A stretch of 64,000 nt of DNA, taken from assembly GCA_965223265.1 (NCBI GenBank), contig OZ244999.1:256001-320000 (forward strand), read 5' to 3'. This stretch comes from Planctomycetota bacterium. GTDB taxonomy: Bacteria; Planctomycetota; UBA8108; SXIK01. A program made the position numbers and the translations under genes. Positions 1-10,827 of this stretch are shown one piece after another. How positions within the stretch are numbered: the first letter of the stretch is position 1; each line of letters starts with the position of its first letter. The notes below the pieces were generated by a model. The model was not told the DNA's origin and did not search any database. It worked only from the letters and a program-made list of their open reading frames with translations.

Positions 1-174
1 ACCGATGATTTTGGCTTCAAAGCCGAACAGGATGTCCTCACCGTTCATGATCTCCACGCGACGATCCTGCATTTACTCGGTATCGATCACGAACGTTTGA
101 CGTTCTATCACAACGGGCTTGAACGACGATTGACTGACGTCCATGGTCGTGTCGTGCGCGAAATTTTGGCCTGA
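1..174 (+). CDS. DUF1501 family protein, C-terminal fragment (starts upstream of window)
   Basis: Frame 1 reads [57 protein letters not shown], matching the C-terminus of the DUF1501 paralog at 3380..4813 ([20 protein letters not shown]...[15 protein letters not shown]). Not in the ORF track. Confidence 0.9.
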   Translation, partial: TDDFGFKAEQDVLTVHDLHATILHLLGIDHERLTFYHNGLERRLTDVHGRVVREILA

Positions 175-362
175 TCGTGGCCAGCTTGGTGCGCCTGACG
201 GCCTCACTCGTGCGGCGATGTCCTTGCATCCATCTCGGACAGTTGGTCAGGGGGCAGAAATTGGCTTGTCGAAGCGTGCGTTGATGAGGTTTCATTGACT
301 CTGCGGCCGGGACCCGTAATCAGGAAGGCTCGGAGCGAAACTGCAATAGCGCGAGGCGATGC

Positions 363-1796
363 ATGATTCATCTGATGCCGTCACGCTCGGTGACGCCAGA
401 GACCATTTCGCGTCGTGATGTGCTGCGTCTGACGGCGGCGAGCTCGCTCGGGTTGAGCTTGCCGCGCCTCCTTGAAGCAGAGGCAGCCCGGAAGGCTAGC
501 GGCTCGCGCACCGCCACCGCTAAGAACTGCATCTATATCTTTCTCTGCGGTGGACCCTCGCAGCTAGACATGTGGGATCCCAAGCCGGACGCTCCAGCCG
601 GGATCCGTAGCCAATTCGCGCCGCTCGCGACGAACGTCCCTGGAATCTATTTCAGTGAGCTTCTGCCCCGTGTCGCGCGCCACGCTGACAAGCTCGCGAT
701 ACTGCGGTCGCTCACCCACGACAACTCGAGCCACGAGACAGGCATCCTCTACACGCTGCTGGCGACCGGGAATCCACCAACGCGTAACGCGGAGCCTCCC
801 TCGCGCCAGGACCCACCGGCGATTGGCGGCGCGCTTCACCATTTGCTCGGGGCCGCGGGGGAGCTTCCGGCCTGGGTCGTCTTGCCACGTTTTTTTACCA
901 CCGGTCCGAGTTTTTATAAGGGACAGACTGCCGGTTTCCTGGGACCGGCGTTCGACCCATTCGCGCTGGATGAACCGAAGAAGAGTTCACTTGCGCAGAA
1001 GGAATTTCAGCTGGATGCGTTGAATCCACTTCCGGGGGTTCACGCGCAGCGTTTGACGTCGCGTGAGGGCCTGCTCGAACGCATCGACGGTTTCACGGAT
1101 GCCTGGCTGCGTTCGAGCGCGATCGATCAGCAGCGCGAGTACCGTGAGAAAGCGCTCGGGATGCTGGCATCTGCGAACGTGCGCCGCGCGTTTGACCTGA
1201 GCGTCGAACCGCCGACGCTCCGCGATCGATACGGTCGGAACGAGTACGGCCAGAGTTTTTTGATGGCACGCCGCCTCGTCGAAGGTGGCGTACGGATGGT
1301 CAACGTGTTTTGGACCTACTACGGCGACGACGGCTGTCAGTTCAACCTGTGGGACAACCACGGAATTGATGGGCCGGTGTGTGGTGGATACCGGCGCGGG
1401 ATCGACATGATTCAGGCGCCGTACTGCTGCCCAGCGTTCGATCTCGCTTTCTCTGCGCTGCTTGAAGACCTTACCGATCGCGGTCTACTCGACGACACAC
1501 TCGTCGTGGTTATCGGCGAGTTCGGGCGTACGCCGAAGATCAACAAGAACGCGGGACGCGATCACTGGCCGCAGTGCTACTCGGCGGTGCTCGCCGGTGG
1601 TGGTGTGCAAGGCGGGCGGGTGTACGGTGCAAGCGATGGCCACGCAGCCTATGTCAGTGAGTCGCCGGTCACACCCGACGATTTTGGCGCGACGATCTAC
1701 CACGCCTTTGGGGTGCCGCCGGATACGGTGATCTACGATCAGCTCGAGCGTCCACTGCCGGTGTCGCGTGGCGAGCCGGTGACGGCGGTGTTTTGA
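363..1796 (+). CDS. DUF1501 family protein (Tat signal)
   Basis: Twin-arginine SRRDVL; motifs GGPSQLDMWDPKP, RYGRNEYGQSFLMARRLVEGGVR, GEFGRTPKIN, GRDHW. Confidence 0.92.
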   Translation: MIHLMPSRSVTPETISRRDVLRLTAASSLGLSLPRLLEAEAARKASGSRTATAKNCIYIFLCGGPSQLDMWDPKPDAPAGIRSQFAPLATNVPGIYFSELLPRVARHADKLAILRSLTHDNSSHETGILYTLLATGNPPTRNAEPPSRQDPPAIGGALHHLLGAAGELPAWVVLPRFFTTGPSFYKGQTAGFLGPAFDPFALDEPKKSSLAQKEFQLDALNPLPGVHAQRLTSREGLLERIDGFTDAWLRSSAIDQQREYREKALGMLASANVRRAFDLSVEPPTLRDRYGRNEYGQSFLMARRLVEGGVRMVNVFWTYYGDDGCQFNLWDNHGIDGPVCGGYRRGIDMIQAPYCCPAFDLAFSALLEDLTDRGLLDDTLVVVIGEFGRTPKINKNAGRDHWPQCYSAVLAGGGVQGGRVYGASDGHAAYVSESPVTPDDFGATIYHAFGVPPDTVIYDQLERPLPVSRGEPVTAVF

Positions 1797-1875
1797 CAGA
1801 CCTTTTGGCGCTGCCGATGTTGGCCGGTGTTGCTCTCGTCAACTGTACCTGCAGCACCGCAAAGCATCTCGTGGA

Positions 1876-2712
1876 CTATTTCTTCTTCTTGGCGCTCTTT
1901 TTCTTCGCCTTGCTTGTAGTTGCCGCTGTCGTACCGGCTTTTTTGGCGCCATTGCCGTTGCCGTTGCTGGCCAGTTTGAATGACTCCGGCGGCAAGCCGA
2001 GGACCAAGGTGTTGCCGTCACTGCCAGCCATGGAGTGCAGCAAGCGCAGCTGCATGAGTGCGGGGTTCGATTCCATCAGGCGAGCGGCGTTCGCTAGGTT
2101 GCGCAGCGCCGCTGTCTCGCCGCGGGCTCTTTCGAGCGCCGCTTGTCCTTCCTTGCGTGCTTGAGCGACCTGCGCGAAGGTTTGCTTGAGGGGTCCGGGA
2201 AACATGATGTCCTTGATGTTCACCTCATGCAGCTTGAGTCCAAGCGCTGAAGCCTTGTCGACGCTCTTTTCCAGAAGCTGCGAGGCGAGCTCTTCTCGCG
2301 CCTCGAGGACGTGGTCGGCGGTGGCGCTACCGACGATCTCCCGTAGCGCCAGCTGTAGCTCCAGGTAGAGCGTCGCTTGGTAGTCCTGGTCTTGGTTGAT
2401 TGCAACGTTCAGCTCGACGGGCTCGTAGCGCGCCGCTAGGCTGAGCTTCAGAGACACACCATCGGCGGTGAGTATTTCTTGACCGTTGATCGACGCGTAG
2501 CGTGGTCTGGTGTCGACCGTATCGATGCGTGTGCCCAGCGGCGCATACCAGTAGACGCCGGGTTCGAGTACCCGGTCGAAACGACCACGTATGTATCTGA
2601 GTCCGCGCTCGTACTCGTAGATCGTCACGCGGCGGAGGAGCCAGCGGTGAACGCCACCGATGAGAAAGCAGAGCGCGAGGAGCGAGAGCGAGACGATCAG
2701 CAGTTCCTTCAT
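1876..2712 (-). CDS. SPFH/band 7 (slipin/stomatin-like) membrane protein
   Basis: N-terminal TM helix, then YERGLRY..G.F..VLEPG, QEILTADGVSLK, ALERARGETAALRNLANAARLMESNPALMQLRLL; Lys-rich tail. Start moved to ATG 2712 (MKELL); track start is 2742. Confidence 0.88.
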   Translation of the reverse strand: MKELLIVSLSLLALCFLIGGVHRWLLRRVTIYEYERGLRYIRGRFDRVLEPGVYWYAPLGTRIDTVDTRPRYASINGQEILTADGVSLKLSLAARYEPVELNVAINQDQDYQATLYLELQLALREIVGSATADHVLEAREELASQLLEKSVDKASALGLKLHEVNIKDIMFPGPLKQTFAQVAQARKEGQAALERARGETAALRNLANAARLMESNPALMQLRLLHSMAGSDGNTLVLGLPPESFKLASNGNGNGAKKAGTTAATTSKAKKKSAKKKK

Positions 2713-3240
2713 TTGGATGCACCCATGTGGGAAAAACCCCATCCAGAGGGGCCACAGAGGCGCGACGGAGACTGAGCACTCGACTCGTCTGCAAAGTCGC
2801 GAATCTGTTGCGTAGCGCCGGCCCCTCGAGATGGAGCATGTTTCAGGTTCCGGCTGGCGACGCTTGCGTCAGCCACCTGTTGAGAGCAGGCAACGCGCAG
2901 AACGGCAGAGACGACGCCTCTCCCGCTGCTTCCTAACTCCGAAGAAGCTAATCATCGTCAGGTGCGACCTGCCATCGAGCCGATTGCTGAGCCGTGTCGA
3001 GCAACGATAATCCGCCGGAGTCGACGCTTATGGGTACGTGGGCGGGTTTAGGTGGTCGGCCTAGAGATGGCAGACGTGCTCTGGGGGAAGAGACAGACAG
3101 AGATTGGGGGCGGAGACAGAGAAGGCCTACGCAAATTCCCACACTCCCACTCCCGCAAGTCGGACGGCACACGATCGAGGCTGTGAAGTGTCTAAAACGT
3201 GCCGTCGAAACTCGCGGTCACGGTCCACGATCACTCCGCA

Positions 3241-3277
3241 ACGGCACAGAGGGGGTGCCTGCCACTATAGGAAACGC
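3241..3277. repeat. Degenerate copy of the REP-like element found at 31766-31954
   Basis: acggcacagagggggtgcctgccactataggaaacgc aligns with acggcacacaggagtgtgcctgctactttaagaaacgc at 31918-31954. Confidence 0.7.
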
Positions 3278-3278
3278 C

Positions 3279-3320
3279 ACGCCCACGCAAACGCCCACGC
3301 AAACGCCCACGCAAACGCAA
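3279..3320. repeat. Tandem 12-bp repeat (ACGCCCACGCAA) x3 plus partial unit
   Basis: Units at 3279-3290, 3291-3302 and 3303-3314, then ACGCAA. Confidence 0.9.
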
Positions 3321-3379
3321 CAAAGCGCTTGCCTCTTTGGTGCGCCGAACGGCCAATCCTCCAGGCTAAGCTGAGTCGG

Positions 3380-4813
3380 CTAGGCCAAAATCTCCCGCAC
3401 CACCTCACCGTGGACGTCGGTCAGGCGGTAGTCACGTCCCTGAAAACGGTGTGTCAGGCGAGTGTGGTCGAAGCCAAGGAGATGGAGGAGCGTGGCGTTG
3501 AGATCGTGCACGTGGACCGGGTCGCGGGCCACGTTGAACCCGAACGGGTCGGTCTCGCCGTGCACCTGTCCCCCTTTGACCCCAGCGCCAGCGACCCACA
3601 CCGTGTAACAGCGGTTGTGATGGTCGCGGCCATCGTTGGTTCCCTGCACCATGGGTGTGCGACCGAACTCGCCGCCCCAGATCACCAAAGTGTCCTCGAG
3701 AAGGCCTCGCTGCTTGAGATCCAGGATGAGGGCGGCGGAGGCCTGATCCGTGTCCTGAGCGTTCTTTTTGACGCCTTGGGCTAAGTTGCCGTGCTGGTCC
3801 CAGGCTTCGTGAAACAGCTGGACGAACCGCACGCCGCGCTCGAGGAGTCGCCGCGCCAGCAGGCAGTTGCGAGCGTAGTTCGATACCTTGGGATCTTTGA
3901 TGCCGTAGAGATCAAGGACACGCTGGGGTTCCTGCGTCAGATCTGTGAGCTCGGGTGCACTCGTCTGCAGTCGATAGGCGGTTTCGAAGCTTTGAATACG
4001 CGCCGCGATTTCCGGGTCGCCGGCGCGCGCGAACGCCAGCTCGTTGAGACGACCGAGCGTATCAAGGGAGGCACGCTGCGTCTCGGCGTCGAATCCTTTC
4101 GGGTTCGACAGATAAAGTACCGGGTCGCCGCTGCCGCGTAGCGGGATGCCAGCGTAGGACGTCGGCAGAAACCCGCACGCGTAGTTGCTCGCGCCGCCAC
4201 TGGTACCGCGGGCACTCGTCAGGACAACGTAGCCCGGGAGGTCGGAGCTTTCCGAGCCCAATCCGTAGAGTGTCCACGAGCCGAAACTCGGTCGACCGAA
4301 CTGCTGCGAGCCGGTGTTCATCAGAATCTGCCCTGGCGCGTGATTCACAGCGTCCGTGTGCATCGATCGGATGAAACAGATCTCGTCGGCAACCTTTCCT
4401 GTGTGCGGCAAGATCTCGCTCAGTTCGATACCACTTCGGCCGTGTCGTGTGAACGAATACTTCGGTCCGAGTAGAGCAGAGTTGGGGTTGATGAATGCCG
4501 CACGGTAACCCTCGAGTAACTCAGCGGGAGGGAGCTTGCCGTCGAATCTTGTCAGCTCAGGCTTCGGATCGTACAGCTCCAAGTGGCTCGGTGCACCAGC
4601 GTGGAACAGATAGACCACTCGTTTCGCCTTCGGCTCGAAGTGCGGTTCCTTTGGTGCCAGAGGATCGCTCGGCCGACGCGATTCAGCGGACGCCTCACGC
4701 GTCAGCAGCGTGCTCAGCGCGATGCTCGCTAGGCCGACACCGCAGTCGCGGAAGAACCAACGGCGGGTTAGGTATTGCGCTCGCTCACGGTGCATTCTCT
4801 GCAGAAGTTCCAT
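3380..4813 (-). CDS. DUF1501 family protein (Tat signal)
   Basis: LTRRWFF; [13 protein letters not shown]; [17 protein letters not shown]; WGGEFGRTP; GRDHH. Directly downstream of the PSD1 gene, the usual pairing. Confidence 0.93.
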   Translation of the reverse strand: MELLQRMHRERAQYLTRRWFFRDCGVGLASIALSTLLTREASAESRRPSDPLAPKEPHFEPKAKRVVYLFHAGAPSHLELYDPKPELTRFDGKLPPAELLEGYRAAFINPNSALLGPKYSFTRHGRSGIELSEILPHTGKVADEICFIRSMHTDAVNHAPGQILMNTGSQQFGRPSFGSWTLYGLGSESSDLPGYVVLTSARGTSGGASNYACGFLPTSYAGIPLRGSGDPVLYLSNPKGFDAETQRASLDTLGRLNELAFARAGDPEIAARIQSFETAYRLQTSAPELTDLTQEPQRVLDLYGIKDPKVSNYARNCLLARRLLERGVRFVQLFHEAWDQHGNLAQGVKKNAQDTDQASAALILDLKQRGLLEDTLVIWGGEFGRTPMVQGTNDGRDHHNRCYTVWVAGAGVKGGQVHGETDPFGFNVARDPVHVHDLNATLLHLLGFDHTRLTHRFQGRDYRLTDVHGEVVREILA

Positions 4814-4829
4814 CGATTGATCCTTAACG

Positions 4830-7800
4830 TTAGTTCTTGCTCACCGTTTCGTCCAGGTTCAACAAGACGCGTGCGGCGATCGTCCACGCAGCGGCGTCCT
4901 GCGGCGTCGCGTCCGGTGGTAGCTCTGGGCGTGTTCCCGGATCTCCTGTGGCAACCTCGTTGATCGACAGCCACCCTGCAGCGAGCTTCTCGCGGCGACC
5001 TCCGAGAAGCTTTTCGATCTCGGCACTCTCCACCTTGCTTGGTCGTCGACCGGTGCAAAGACGAAACGCGTACTCGGTACGCTCTGCATCGTTTGGGCCT
5101 CCTTCACGAAGAATTCGCAGCGCAAGTGCTCGCGCCGCCTCGACGAAAATGGGCTCGTTAAGTGACGCTAGACTGGCGAGAGGGGTGTTCGAGCGCTGCC
5201 GGCGAGCACACGCGAAGTCTGCGTTGGGCGCATCGAAACTGGTGAGCACGGGGTCCGGCATCGAGCGTCGCCGGAACACGTAGAGCGCGCGACGGTATCG
5301 TTTAGGTGCTTCCGCTGCCACCCAGTACCTGGGTGGTGAATAGTTGAACTCGAGCACGCTCTTCGGCACCGGTGGAAAGATACTTGGTCCGCCCACCTCG
5401 CGGTGCAGCAACCCTGAAACGCTCAAAGCGATGTCGCGCACAACCTCCGCCTCGACGCGAAACCGAGGGCCACGGCCGAGCCAGCGGTTCTGTGGGTCGG
5501 CTGCGAGAAGCTCCGGCGACACGTTCGAACTTTGATGATACGTCGCGCTCGTGAGAATGGTCCGAATGAGTTTCTTTGTGCTCCAGCCGCGCTCCATGAG
5601 TTCGACAGCGAGCCAGTCGAGGAGCTCGAGGTGTTCCGGCTGGGGAGCGCGGGTGCCGAAGTCCTCGGGCGTTTCGACTAAGCCCGCGCCAAAGATTGCC
5701 TGCCAAACGCGATTGACGTGCACGCGGGCGGTGAGTGGGGAGCGTGAATCGACTAGCCACCTCGCGAAGTCGAGGCGGTCAGGATGCTCCTCCGACGACG
5801 GCAGCGAATGGAGCGCGGCAGGAGAGTGCGGGGTGATCCGACGCTCGGGCTTGTCCCAAATGCCGCGATTCAAAAGGAACGTCGCGCGGTGATGGGCGGG
5901 ACGTCGTGCCGTCAGAGTGAGAACGCTGGTCGGTGCTTCTGGGTATTGGTGAAAAAGACTTTCGATTTCGGTGCTTGCGTCCTGAAACTCCGGTACGCCG
6001 CGCCGCCACGCGGCGAAGACGGTGGCGTTTTCAGCCTCAGAGCGCGCCGACGCCGGCTTTCCCAGAGCTAACGTCGCGGCGTGATCGTACGACGGTGCCC
6101 GTGGAGCTGGCGACGTAGTCGTCGCGAAGCGCATGCAGCCGAGTTGTGACGACGGCGAGAGTGCTAGCGGATTCGTCGAGCGCGAGCGTGTGTGGTGAAA
6201 CTCTAGAGATACCTTGAGCTCGGTGCCTTCCGGGCGCGTCAGCGCTGCCGCGAACTGGATGACCGCGACGGACTCTGTATTGCGACGGCCGGATCCTCTG
6301 TCGGAGCGCCACGCCGTCTTTTTGTCGCCATCGATGAGGAATTCCACGGGTCCTACGCGGCGCTGTTCTTCTGCCTTCTTCTCTTCGTCGCCTTCGAGGA
6401 CATGGGATTCCTCAGAGTAGTCGGCGGTCGCTCCGCTGAGCTCGACAGTTTCCCACGTCGCGCCTCCTGGCGGCTTCACCTCGACGCGGAGCTCGGTGAT
6501 CGCGAACGTACCTGTCTTGCTACGGCCCGGTCCACCGTACGGCAGGTCGCCGTGCGTCAGGGCTTCGAGGCGAAGTCCAGTGACGCCGTCGAGGGGTGGT
6601 TTCCCGGTCACGTACATCTCGCCGCTCCCGGTGGGATGGCCGAGAACCAGGACGCTGTGATCAGGCAGCTCTTCAGGATGGTTGAGCCCACCAATCCAGT
6701 CCGTCGATGTGACGTCGAGTACGCTCCATTTGGGCGCGGATGTCCGCTCTTGCCGCTCCCACGCAGCGAATTGCTGCTGCCAGTTCGGTCGCTGTGCCCG
6801 CAAGCGATCCTCGATCGTGCTCACTGCGCTACGCAGTTTCACGATCTTTTTCTGTTGCTCGCTCGTGTACACCCAGGACTGCGATTCGTACGTGTCGTTG
6901 AGGAACGCGAACGTGCCGTAGTACTCGTCCTGCGAAATCGGATCGTACTTGTGGCTGTGGCACTGGCCGCACTGAAGTGAAAGACCGAGCACGGCTTTGC
7001 CAATACAGTCCATCCGGTCGAACATCCCCTCCATGCGGAACTGTTCGGCGACGATGGCACCTTCTTCATTGATCATGCCGTTACGGAGAAAACCCGTGGC
7101 GACGAGCTGGTCTTGCGTCCTGTCCGGGAGCATGTCGCCAGCAATCTGCTCGAGGATGAACTGGTCGTACGGCATGTCGGAGTTGATCGCGCGAATCACC
7201 CAGTCGCGCCAGGCCCATTGCTCTCGTGGATTGTCCTTTTCGTAACCGTTCGAATCGGCATAGCGCGCCACGTCCAGCCAGTGGCGAGCCCATTTCTCGC
7301 CGAAGTGGTCACTCTGGAACAACCGTTCGATCAGGTCATCGACAGCGCGCGCGACATCCTTCTGAGCTTCACTCACGAACTTGTCGATCTCTTCGGGCGC
7401 CGGAGGCAGACCGATCAAGTCGAGATAGATGCGGCGACAGAGTACCTCGTGTGCGGCCGGTGGTGACGGCTTGAAACCATGGACTTGAAGACGATGCGCG
7501 ACGAGTCGGTCGATAGGATGCTTGGAGCCGTTCTCACCTGCCGGATCTGGAAGTTCTGGTCGATCTGGAGCAGTGAACGCCCAGTGAGTCGTGTAGACAG
7601 CTCCTTCGCGAATCCACTGCTCTAAAAGCGAGAGCTCCTTTTCGTCGAGTGGCTTATTGTGTTCAGGCGGCGGCATGATGAGACCCGGATCGTTTGAGAG
7701 AACGCGGCTCATCAACTCGCTCGACTCGGGTTTTCCCGGGACGATGGCCACCGAGTCCGATGCGAGTTTCGAAATGGCGACACTGCGATCGTCCAGTCGC

Positions 7801-8024
7801 AAGTCTGCCTGCCTAGCCTGTTCGTCCGGGCCGTGACAATCAAAACAGTGATCTGCGAGGATCGGCTGAATATCTCTTCGAAAGTCGATGCTGTCGTCAG
7901 CGCTGCGAAGCGTGAATCCCACCAGACAGGTCGAAACAAGCGCTAGCGAACCTAAGAAGCGGGATCGTTGCGTGTGCCGTGAGCTGAGACAGGAGGGCTG
8001 CAGATGGAGGAGCTTCTTGTTCAT
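4830..8024 (-). CDS. Planctomycete cytochrome c / DUF1549 / DUF1553 (PSCyt1-PSCyt2-PSD1) protein
   Basis: Signal-like N-terminus; CxxCH motifs CFDCH and CGQCH; [56 protein letters not shown]. Confidence 0.93.
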   Translation of the reverse strand: MNKKLLHLQPSCLSSRHTQRSRFLGSLALVSTCLVGFTLRSADDSIDFRRDIQPILADHCFDCHGPDEQARQADLRLDDRSVAISKLASDSVAIVPGKPESSELMSRVLSNDPGLIMPPPEHNKPLDEKELSLLEQWIREGAVYTTHWAFTAPDRPELPDPAGENGSKHPIDRLVAHRLQVHGFKPSPPAAHEVLCRRIYLDLIGLPPAPEEIDKFVSEAQKDVARAVDDLIERLFQSDHFGEKWARHWLDVARYADSNGYEKDNPREQWAWRDWVIRAINSDMPYDQFILEQIAGDMLPDRTQDQLVATGFLRNGMINEEGAIVAEQFRMEGMFDRMDCIGKAVLGLSLQCGQCHSHKYDPISQDEYYGTFAFLNDTYESQSWVYTSEQQKKIVKLRSAVSTIEDRLRAQRPNWQQQFAAWERQERTSAPKWSVLDVTSTDWIGGLNHPEELPDHSVLVLGHPTGSGEMYVTGKPPLDGVTGLRLEALTHGDLPYGGPGRSKTGTFAITELRVEVKPPGGATWETVELSGATADYSEESHVLEGDEEKKAEEQRRVGPVEFLIDGDKKTAWRSDRGSGRRNTESVAVIQFAAALTRPEGTELKVSLEFHHTRSRSTNPLALSPSSQLGCMRFATTTSPAPRAPSYDHAATLALGKPASARSEAENATVFAAWRRGVPEFQDASTEIESLFHQYPEAPTSVLTLTARRPAHHRATFLLNRGIWDKPERRITPHSPAALHSLPSSEEHPDRLDFARWLVDSRSPLTARVHVNRVWQAIFGAGLVETPEDFGTRAPQPEHLELLDWLAVELMERGWSTKKLIRTILTSATYHQSSNVSPELLAADPQNRWLGRGPRFRVEAEVVRDIALSVSGLLHREVGGPSIFPPVPKSVLEFNYSPPRYWVAAEAPKRYRRALYVFRRRSMPDPVLTSFDAPNADFACARRQRSNTPLASLASLNEPIFVEAARALALRILREGGPNDAERTEYAFRLCTGRRPSKVESAEIEKLLGGRREKLAAGWLSINEVATGDPGTRPELPPDATPQDAAAWTIAARVLLNLDETVSKN

Positions 8025-8342
8025 TTTACCTAAGCTCGGGACAGAGGTTTCTATCGATGTTAGATCGTGGCGCTGTCGCCATCAAGGGGCACCGACGGGA
8101 CACACAACGTTTCCATAACATCGGAGCGAGATCTTGCGAGAATCGAGCTTCCGCCGCGCCGCGACGTCGCTGTCATCAACGTGGTTGCAGCCATGTCGCG
8201 ACCAGTGCCGACGCGGTTTTGCCCCCTTGCCTCAGCTCAACGTTCCGACGAAGATGCGCTGCGGCGCCACTGGTCGCAACCACGTCGCAGGCCAGGACAC
8301 GTTGGGTTTGTCAACGCATAAACGGGATCGAAAGAGGTCGCA

Positions 8343-10778
8343 ATGCGCAAGTTCGGGATCGCAGTATCAAATCCTCGCGTCTTTGCCTTGTTGACCGTGA
8401 TGCACCTGGCCCTGATGGCACAGGTGCGCACCGCAGAGCTTAACCTTCGGGTTGTCGATGCCCGCGGCGACTTGCTTCCCTGTCGCGTTCTCGTTCGTTC
8501 GGGCGGTGCCGAGTGTGCGACGCCGACGGACGCAGTGGATTTGCGGATCGGCCCTGATCGCTGGTTCATGTCGCCGGGTCGCATCAAGCTGGATGTTCCT
8601 GTCGGGGAGGTGCTGGTCCGGGTCGAGCGCGGTCTTGAGTTCATTCGCTACAAAAAGACGCTGAGCGTGACGGAGCAGGGGCTTGCCATGACGATCCCAC
8701 TCAAGAGATGGATCAACCTGCGTCGCCGCGGCTACCTCACCGGTGAGAATCATGTTCACCTGCCGGCTGCACGCGTCGGCCCCATGCTTGTCGCGGAGGG
8801 ACTCGACTTCGGGGCCTCGATGTCGTGGTGGAACGGGCCACGCGACGACGTGCCCGTGCCACGAGGGGTCGGCGCGTCGCGCGAAATCGAATATGCGGGG
8901 CGAAGCCTAACAATCACGGTTCACGACGCAGAGCTCGAACACCGCTGGGGCGCCGCGTATATACAGAATCTTTCCGCGCCACTTTCTCTTCCGAGCGACA
9001 GGCAGCGACCGAATCTTGATTATCTGCGCGCCGCTGTGGAGACCGGTGCGATCGTCCACTACCAAGCAGGCTGGTCGCGGGAGGTCGCTCTCGATGCTCT
9101 CCTCGGCTTTGTGCACACGGTGAACGTGTGCAATAACAATTTTCACATGCACCGCTTTCAGCCGCGCCGGCGCTACTCGAATCTTCTCGAAGTCGAGGGG
9201 TTTCCCGTCTACGCCAACACCGACGTCGACATGCTGCGCATGAACACCGAGACCTACTACCGTTTGCTGAACTGCGGCCTGCGTTTGGCGGCGGGCGCTG
9301 GGTCGGCGATCGGCGTCAAGGAGGTGCCGGTCGGTTATAACCGCGCCTACGTGCGCGCCGCCGAGGACGCATCGATCGAGCAGTTCAACCGTGCCTGGGC
9401 GGCCGGCAGAAACTTCGTCACCAATGGACCAATGCTCTTTTTGCGCACGATGGCAGGGCGGCGACCCGGTGACGTAGTGGCCGTGGACGGCACGAAGCGG
9501 CGAGTGCAAGTACAGGTGACCGCGCTTTCGGATCAGCCGTTGACCGCGGTGGAGCTTGTGGCGAACGGTCAGGTGGTCCACTCATTCGAGATCGTTGACA
9601 CCGCAGCAGTAACGGGGAGCGTCGCCTTGGACATCGCCGAGAGCACCTGGATCGCCGCTCGCTGTACCGCGCGTGACGAGCTGTTGACGGACGCGGAGCT
9701 TGCGGCGTACGCCAGCGGCGACGCGCAGCAACCGTCCCGGCTGCGTTTCGCGCATACGAGTCCGCTCTACGTCGAAGTGCGCGGCGAGCCGGTCGTCGTG
9801 CGTCGCTCGGTCGAAGAGACCCAGAGGGTCTTACAGCGCTTCGAGGCGTTCGCGCGTGAGACAGCGGCGCCCAAGTACCTGCCGGGGCTCCTCGAGTCGG
9901 TGACGCAGGCGCGGGTCGTGCTCGACCGACGGCTGGAGTTGGCAGCGCGCAACGGCGCACGTCGCGCTCCCACGCCGCTGACGCTGAGCTGGGAGCACGA
10001 CATCTTGGTGATCCATGGGGAGCACTTGCCTGGAAAGAAGGTCGAGATTCTCTACATCGAGGCGTACTGCCGCCCCAACTCACACACGACCGACTGGGGT
10101 AAGCACACCGTGATCGGCCACACGACGCGGGTCCTTTCGATGAGCCCTGATCGTCGTCGGCTCGAGCTGGAGTGCCGTCTGAACGACGGCGCGACGGTAA
10201 GACACATCATCACCGCCCACGAGGACGAAGTGGACTTTCGTCTCACCGCGCACAATCCCACGCAGGAGGTCTCCGAAGCGCATTGGGCGCAGCCGTGCAT
10301 TCGCGTCGGCGATTTCACTGGCCTCGGCGATCCGCACCGAAGGCGTTCGTACGAGTATCTCGCCAAGTCATTCGTGTTTCTCGACGGCGAGTTGTCCCTC
10401 ATGCCGACAAAAGACTGGGCCACGGAAGCGCGCTACGTTCCCGGTCAGGTGTGGGCCGCACCGGGCGTCGCCGGCGCCGACGTCAACCCTCGCCCTCTCA
10501 ATCCGAACACACCATCGAACGGGCTCATTGGCTGCTTCGGCGCCCGCGATCAGCTCATCATGGCGACAGCTTGGGAGCCGTACCAAGAGCTCTTTCAAGG
10601 CGTGATCACGTGTCTCCACAGTGACTTTCGGATCGGCGGCCTGCAGCCGGGCGAGACGAAGCAGATCCACGGCAAGATCTACTTCGTCGCCAACGATGTC
10701 CCAGCTCTTCTGGAGCGTTATGCACGTGACTTTCCGCAGCAGGCACAACACGCGAACGGTGCGTCGGGCGGAAAATGA
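8343..10778 (+). CDS. Exported CehA/McbA-like (PHP-type) metallohydrolase fused to a C-terminal domain of unknown function
   Basis: Signal peptide; GENHVH, YYRLLNCGLRLAAGAGS, VGYNRAYV, AGRNFVTNGPML, FAHTSPLYV. About 270 further aa form a distinct domain (EAYCRP, HWAQPCIRV, CLHSDFRIGGL). Confidence 0.72.
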   Translation: MRKFGIAVSNPRVFALLTVMHLALMAQVRTAELNLRVVDARGDLLPCRVLVRSGGAECATPTDAVDLRIGPDRWFMSPGRIKLDVPVGEVLVRVERGLEFIRYKKTLSVTEQGLAMTIPLKRWINLRRRGYLTGENHVHLPAARVGPMLVAEGLDFGASMSWWNGPRDDVPVPRGVGASREIEYAGRSLTITVHDAELEHRWGAAYIQNLSAPLSLPSDRQRPNLDYLRAAVETGAIVHYQAGWSREVALDALLGFVHTVNVCNNNFHMHRFQPRRRYSNLLEVEGFPVYANTDVDMLRMNTETYYRLLNCGLRLAAGAGSAIGVKEVPVGYNRAYVRAAEDASIEQFNRAWAAGRNFVTNGPMLFLRTMAGRRPGDVVAVDGTKRRVQVQVTALSDQPLTAVELVANGQVVHSFEIVDTAAVTGSVALDIAESTWIAARCTARDELLTDAELAAYASGDAQQPSRLRFAHTSPLYVEVRGEPVVVRRSVEETQRVLQRFEAFARETAAPKYLPGLLESVTQARVVLDRRLELAARNGARRAPTPLTLSWEHDILVIHGEHLPGKKVEILYIEAYCRPNSHTTDWGKHTVIGHTTRVLSMSPDRRRLELECRLNDGATVRHIITAHEDEVDFRLTAHNPTQEVSEAHWAQPCIRVGDFTGLGDPHRRRSYEYLAKSFVFLDGELSLMPTKDWATEARYVPGQVWAAPGVAGADVNPRPLNPNTPSNGLIGCFGARDQLIMATAWEPYQELFQGVITCLHSDFRIGGLQPGETKQIHGKIYFVANDVPALLERYARDFPQQAQHANGASGGK

Positions 10779-10827
10779 CGTTGAAGACGAGGCGCCAGCC
10801 GATGAGATGACTCCGCGTCGGCGAGGG

